From Asterionella formosa (taxonomy: Eukaryota), in NCBI GenBank assembly GCA_002256025.1, contig NKIB01014579.1, forward strand, positions 1-42,522: a stretch of DNA of 42,522 bases, written 5' to 3'. Shown here one piece after another: positions 37,660 to 42,522 of the stretch. Position 1 is the first letter of the stretch, and every line of letters starts with the position of its first letter. The position numbers and the translations under genes were made by a program. A model generated the notes under the pieces. It did not search any database, had not been told where the DNA came from, and saw only the letters and a list, made by a program, of their open reading frames with translations.

Positions 37660-37903
37660 ATTTTCTGGCGCACAAGTGCGCCAAAATTTGGAAAATCAAT
37701 TCATCATAGAAACCGATTCAACCAAGAACAATAACACTTTTTATTAGCATTTCTATGTTTTCAACTATGGAGAAGAGCGTGGATATGACGTTTTGATCAA
37801 CAGAAGTTGGCAATGCCAAAATCGCCATCATCCAGTCTCCCCATCTAAGTAAATCTAGTCATGGCTGTGTACATTTGGGGAGACCGAAACACGGGATTTA
37901 CGG
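37660..37903. mobile_element. Terminal remnant of a related pogo-family element
   Basis: Ends agtcatggctgtgtacatt...acacgggatttacgg|TA and is homologous to about 29210-29445. Confidence 0.75.
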
Positions 37904-38189
37904 TAGGTCATACCGGTATATGAGTGATCGACTTATGTTCATGACAAGACTCAAAGATATGTATGAGTAAAGATTGACTCATGTTCATGACTACCGGTAG
38001 ACCCAAAAAGGTCATGACTGGACTAATTTGGAGACACATTTACGCACGCCGGTCGAGTATGTTTATTTCGTTCACTCTTCTTCGCTTCTTTCTATGATTA
38101 CGTGACATTTAGCGATTCTCCATCATAAATTCTAAATTCACTTCTGTTCTCTCGTCGTCTCTTTTGAGACCGTTGACAACAAAACCAGC

Positions 38190-39224
38190 ATGTCGTCAAG
38201 CGACAACAATAACGAGAACGCATTTCCAGTAAGAGGAGCAGGATTCATTTCACAGGATGATTCCTTTTTACATGTCGCCATTGCTCTCGATAGCACTAAC
38301 AACATTCGGGATGATCATGGTCAACCGGATCCTGCACCTTACCCAATACGCAATGAGGTTTTTGTCGATGATCCAGCTGAAATCGCCAGTGGCTCTATTG
38401 CTGACGAAAAAGTAGTTGAAAAAGCCCAGTGTCGGCCTCAAAGGAGGTGGAGAGTCTTGGCAACAGTTTTGGTGATTGGCATCTTAGTTATCATCATTGC
38501 TATTGTTGTCAAAGGGAAGTCCAAATCATCAGCAGACCCATCTCCTACATCATCACCTTCATCATCACTTTTATCATCACTTACATCATCACCTACATCA
38601 TCACCTACATCATCACCTACATCATCAACTACATCATCACCTACATCATCACCTACATCATCAACTACATTTTCACCTACAACCTTTTCTTTTTTTTGAT
38701 GAAGGAGCAGCACTTTCAACTGATGGCTCCTCACAACAAAAGGCACTGCAATGGTTGGAGCAGTCGACTAATAGTGCCTCTGGCTATACTTTATTGCAAT
38801 TCTATGCCTTGGCAGTGTTTTATTATGCCACTGGTGAAACCCTCTCAACCTCTAAGCTATGCATGGTTGCAAGGAAATGAAATTGTTTCTGGATACAATT
38901 TTTGTAACTGGGATTACACTATTTGCAATGGCGGGATAGATATCATTGATTTGACACCTTCTTCTGAGTCTCAACTTTTTGGATCCCTTCCGCCAGAGAT
39001 TGGTCTCTTGACAAGTCTTTAAAAAAGGTATAGATTTGTCTGTCAATAAGTTCAATGGCACACTTCCCTCAGAGATTGGATGCTTGACAAGTCTCAAATA
39101 TCTAGATTTGGGCATCAAAAACTTCTCAGGTTATGTGCCATCTGAGATTTCGAATTTACTTTTAACAAATCTTGGTAAGGATTGTTCTCTAACCCAAGGG
39201 CGTTGTGGTTGTGTCCCTCTTTAA
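38190..39224 (+). pseudogene. LRR membrane-protein paralog, frameshifted, with only about 2-3 LRRs
   Basis: Same leader, AFPVRG, TM, FCNWDYTIC cap and GSLPPEIGLLTSL as 31036-32667. Frameshifts near 38695, 38855 and 39025; the 3' flank is homologous. Confidence 0.9.
38546..38680 (+). repeat. 12-bp coding minisatellite (acatcatcacct) encoding a Ser/Thr/Pro stalk
   Basis: About 11 units translating as TSSP/TSST. Confidence 0.95.
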
Positions 39225-40784
39225 CAGTGGCCCACATGTGTAATGCACAGCAGAGTTTAATAACTAAATATTATATGGACATATTAAGGATTCTTTTTTA
39301 GTTCCATTCATATTCATATAATTATGATTACAAATAGTTCCATCTTTTATTTTATACAATGCGAAATAACAGTAAGTAATACGTATCAGGCATATACCGG
39401 TAGACAAGTAATTGCTATATAACATATTCAGTAGTGCAATATATATAGTGTTGAAACAATATATTAGAGATTCCTGATTCCAGATCAGATTATGAAAATG
39501 TCAACTCTCTCAATTCTGACTCCGGTATTAACGATTGGAAGCAGGTCCGGTAATCAGTGTACATATCGTGCAGGTTGCTCGTTTTCTGTTCATCGATGCA
39601 CATACTGGTATGTACGAGAAAAGGCAGGGATACATCCCCAAATACTATGTATATTGGTAATGATATGTCCAGCTGACAACGAGCAATGGTGGTACATGGT
39701 GGATATGATCATCATGCATATTGTTCATATATCTATACTTTGTCGCATTCACAAATATTGAACGTTCCTCAACGGTTGCTATCTACTGGTCGTACCAAAT
39801 CGTCATGAAGGAAAGTGCGTATGTAAATATATATGCAATTGTTTGTATAATATATTCCTGTTTACGAACGATTTGAAATGTGAATATATTGATATATGAA
39901 TATATTAATAGTACATCTTATTATCTCTAGTTGCTATGTATCTACAGTTACCCTAACGGTAGGAACTATACATATCCATATAGACCCGTATGTACAATCA
40001 CAATCACCATGCAGCCAGTCAGTATGTACTGTATGGCGCAGGATCATGATCATTATCAACATAATTCATCATTGGCTTGGGTTGACAGCATGATGTTTGT
40101 CCCACAAAAATGTTGTGTACAGTACTGAGTACTTTTTTTTTCAATACAGTTTCATTCTCATCATGTCGATGTTTCATCGTCTCCTTCGTCCTCTTCTTGT
40201 TGTTGTTGTTCTTGTTCTTGTTGTGGTGTTGAAAGGGGCTTTGTGTAAATGATAGAAAACAGTCACACATATCACCTACCGATATTTATCAATATTGCAT
40301 ATTATATGAAAGGGCTTTTGGGATAATTGAATTTATGTATAAAAAGTGTATAAATTAGCTACCATCTGGCTGTACATAAACTCATATACATATAGTAGAA
40401 TAAAGGATGAATCTTGTGTAAAATAGTTGCATGACTGATGAGGACAGCTTGAGCAATTAGGTAGTACGAGCTATTTAGTTACATCAGTACAATTCCTTGT
40501 CGTAGCGGTATGAGGTATATTGGAAAGATATCGATCGGTACCAGTACCTGGTATGGAATAATCTATATACCGTAAAACCTGGTGTCTCGTATCCCCCCAG
40601 ATACCTGTACCCCCCTTTGTACATCTGGCGCAACACTCCCAAATATTTCCTGTGTACAGAAAAAATAACACAACATAAACGTATTCTATTTATTAGTATG
40701 TATTTTCGTATATTACCGGTACCCTACTGTTTCCGGTAAAGTATCATCACCTGTAAAATATCGTCACATATACCGGTTGGCAAC

Positions 40785-41177
40785 ATGATGATTGCGGACG
40801 ACATTCGTGATGGCGAAATCCTTGGCCTCAGAGGTACCACCAATGGAAGAAGCTGTGAGCAGCATGCCTGCTGTGGGGCAATTGTGAGGCCGAATGATTG
40901 TGTTCGGTTCAAGGCAGCAGTGGTCCCGATTGATGGAGTTGATCAGGCAGGTATCAAGGCTGTTCTGATCCTTGATGGGACGGAACTGTGCACGGTTGGT
41001 TTCCTTGGCAAGAATATTGCAGCTTTGAAGAAAACAAGTGACAAGTTTGTCAACAAGTTTGCTCAAGTTATTGAACTCTATGACTCTAGTGAAAATGCTG
41101 CCAAAAGGGCAAAAAGCCACAATAACCTTGGAGTTTGTTCATTCCGGCTTCTTGAGGACATCCAGATTCAGGAATAG
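40785..41177 (+). CDS. Transposon accessory protein, 130 aa, HIRAN-like by motif impression
   Basis: Intact ORF: GRSCEQHACCG...VRF...IKAVLILDG..CTVGFL...FAQVIELY. A degenerate homolog is at about 28870-28950. Confidence 0.75.
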   Translation: MMIADDIRDGEILGLRGTTNGRSCEQHACCGAIVRPNDCVRFKAAVVPIDGVDQAGIKAVLILDGTELCTVGFLGKNIAALKKTSDKFVNKFAQVIELYDSSENAAKRAKSHNNLGVCSFRLLEDIQIQE

Positions 41178-41416
41178 ATGTTATGAAAACTGGACAAGCC
41201 TTTGAATACTTCAACCAATCTACACTATAATGTTAATAATAGTATTAGAAATTAGCATTTTCAGCATTAGAATCACTCCGTTTTGGGTTTTTTGTAGTCA
41301 TCAGCTTAATTTATTTGCCTATTAGGAAATGCCATCCTGAATCTAATTGACGATAATGATTGTTTCACTAAAACTAAATGTTAAAATAGATTATCAAATA
41401 ATCCAATCCTTATTGA

Positions 41417-42522
41417 CTAGTCAACATCAGCAAAGCCCTCATATCCAATGCTCTTCCAGGTATTGGTGATTGTTTGAATTGAGACTCTAGCCCATGCCAT
41501 CTCTACCCATTGTGCAATGTGGTGCCTTTGCACCTTGGGATTATCCACATTGGCAACCATGTAGTCTTCCCAATATCCTCTCATGTAGTCCTTGAAGGGC
41601 TTATTAACTCCTACATCCAACACTTGAAGTCTAGATGTGTAGCCTGGGAGGACGAAATCAATCTCAGTGCCGCAATTTTTAATTGCATCAACACAACGTC
41701 CTACCTTGTGGACAGTAAAATCATCCATAAGAAGGTGAGTAGGCTCACCGCCTTTTCCCAACGCAAATGGTTGCCAAACTTTTTCGATCCATTGTAAAAA
41801 TATGTCTGTATCAACCCAAGCTTTGGGTTGACAAGCGTATTTAATACTGACCGGAAAAAGTTGTTGATTGTTGTCTAGTAATCCCAATTGCCTGGAAATA
41901 CGTCCATCCCTTGTTCCTGTAAATACAATGAATGGTGGCAACTTCTCACCACTCATTGTCACCCCTAACAACACAGTGCAACGATTCGAATTTCCTGTTG
42001 TTCGAAGCCCAATGGTCCTTTCGCCTCGGGTTGCCAAAGTCTTTGATCCAAACATGTCAAAATTGATGTTTGTCTCATCAATATTGACAATGTTTCCAGC
42101 AGGAAATTCGAACGCAGCAATTTGATTGTTGACGTAGGAAACAAAATCTTGAATTGTCTCCTGATCCAGCCTTGTATTTTGGGCGACACGAGTCACACGC
42201 CTAATGACAATGTCCTCACGGGCAAGCCAGCGCTTGATCCGTTTTTCAAGTGCCTTCAGCGACACATTTTCGTTCCCAGGTTGCCTCTTAAGCTCAACAC
42301 TGAGCATCCTGGTGGTGCAGGCCCTATCTTGAAGCCGCAACTGGTCAAAAAGAGTCTTCAATCCTTCGAAATCAGCAGCACTTTTTGGAGAGCGGCCCGG
42401 GTGAGCGATTTTTTTCATCAACACCTGCCTCTGAATCACACCTTCTTCCTGCAGAGGAATCTCCGCCACCTCCGCCGGAACCACAACCATTGCACCATCC
42501 AGCATGGACTTCCAGCTCCGGA
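41417..42522 (-). CDS. pogo-type DD35D transposase (DDE_1), 5'-partial, uninterrupted
   Basis: NIDET...KLPPFIVF...AWVD...LLMD-(35 aa)-D in QVLDVGVNKPFK. The frame stays open upstream of Met 42505 (RSWKS) to the window edge. Confidence 0.95.
   Translation of the reverse strand, partial: RSWKSMLDGAMVVVPAEVAEIPLQEEGVIQRQVLMKKIAHPGRSPKSAADFEGLKTLFDQLRLQDRACTTRMLSVELKRQPGNENVSLKALEKRIKRWLAREDIVIRRVTRVAQNTRLDQETIQDFVSYVNNQIAAFEFPAGNIVNIDETNINFDMFGSKTLATRGERTIGLRTTGNSNRCTVLLGVTMSGEKLPPFIVFTGTRDGRISRQLGLLDNNQQLFPVSIKYACQPKAWVDTDIFLQWIEKVWQPFALGKGGEPTHLLMDDFTVHKVGRCVDAIKNCGTEIDFVLPGYTSRLQVLDVGVNKPFKDYMRGYWEDYMVANVDNPKVQRHHIAQWVEMAWARVSIQTITNTWKSIGYEGFADVD

Larger units (their letters stand above)
40570..42522 (-). 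mobile_element. pogo-superfamily DNA transposon with two convergent ORFs; continues past the window end
   Basis: TA (40568-40569) followed by terminus CCGTAAAACCTGGTGTCTCGTATCCCC, which is shared with 28652 and complementary to 29426-29445. Contains a DDE_1 transposase. Confidence 0.9.

Noticed and set aside
38429..38880. His-rich, Ile/Thr/Tyr-rich and Asp/Val/Gly-rich ORFs
   Set aside because: They are alternative frames of the 12-bp minisatellite. The Ser/Thr/Pro frame is the one continuous with the TM segment.

Overview
Eukaryotic, AT-rich, repeat-dense window, most likely from a diatom (inferred from CoDi-like Ty1/copia fragments, TTAGGG-type repeats and diatom-style LRR/ARM genes). It is mainly a transposon graveyard: copia integrase, RT/RNase H and gag fragments, a Tc1/IS630-like element, a Harbinger nuclease pseudogene, a long-TIR element, and a possible MULE with an Ulp1-like protease. 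Mixed in are two ARM-repeat paralogs and three LRR membrane-protein paralogs, mostly disabled. The right end holds an apparently intact DD35D pogo-type transposon with a second, convergent, HIRAN-like ORF inside its terminus. The most striking pattern is at least 23 exact copies of the palindrome TACCGGTA plus related TA-x-TA motifs. These match TA + element ends (CC..GG) + TA and appear as clean insertions when duplicated segments are compared, so they are likely accumulated pogo excision footprints. All family calls come from motif recognition by eye; no database searches were run.
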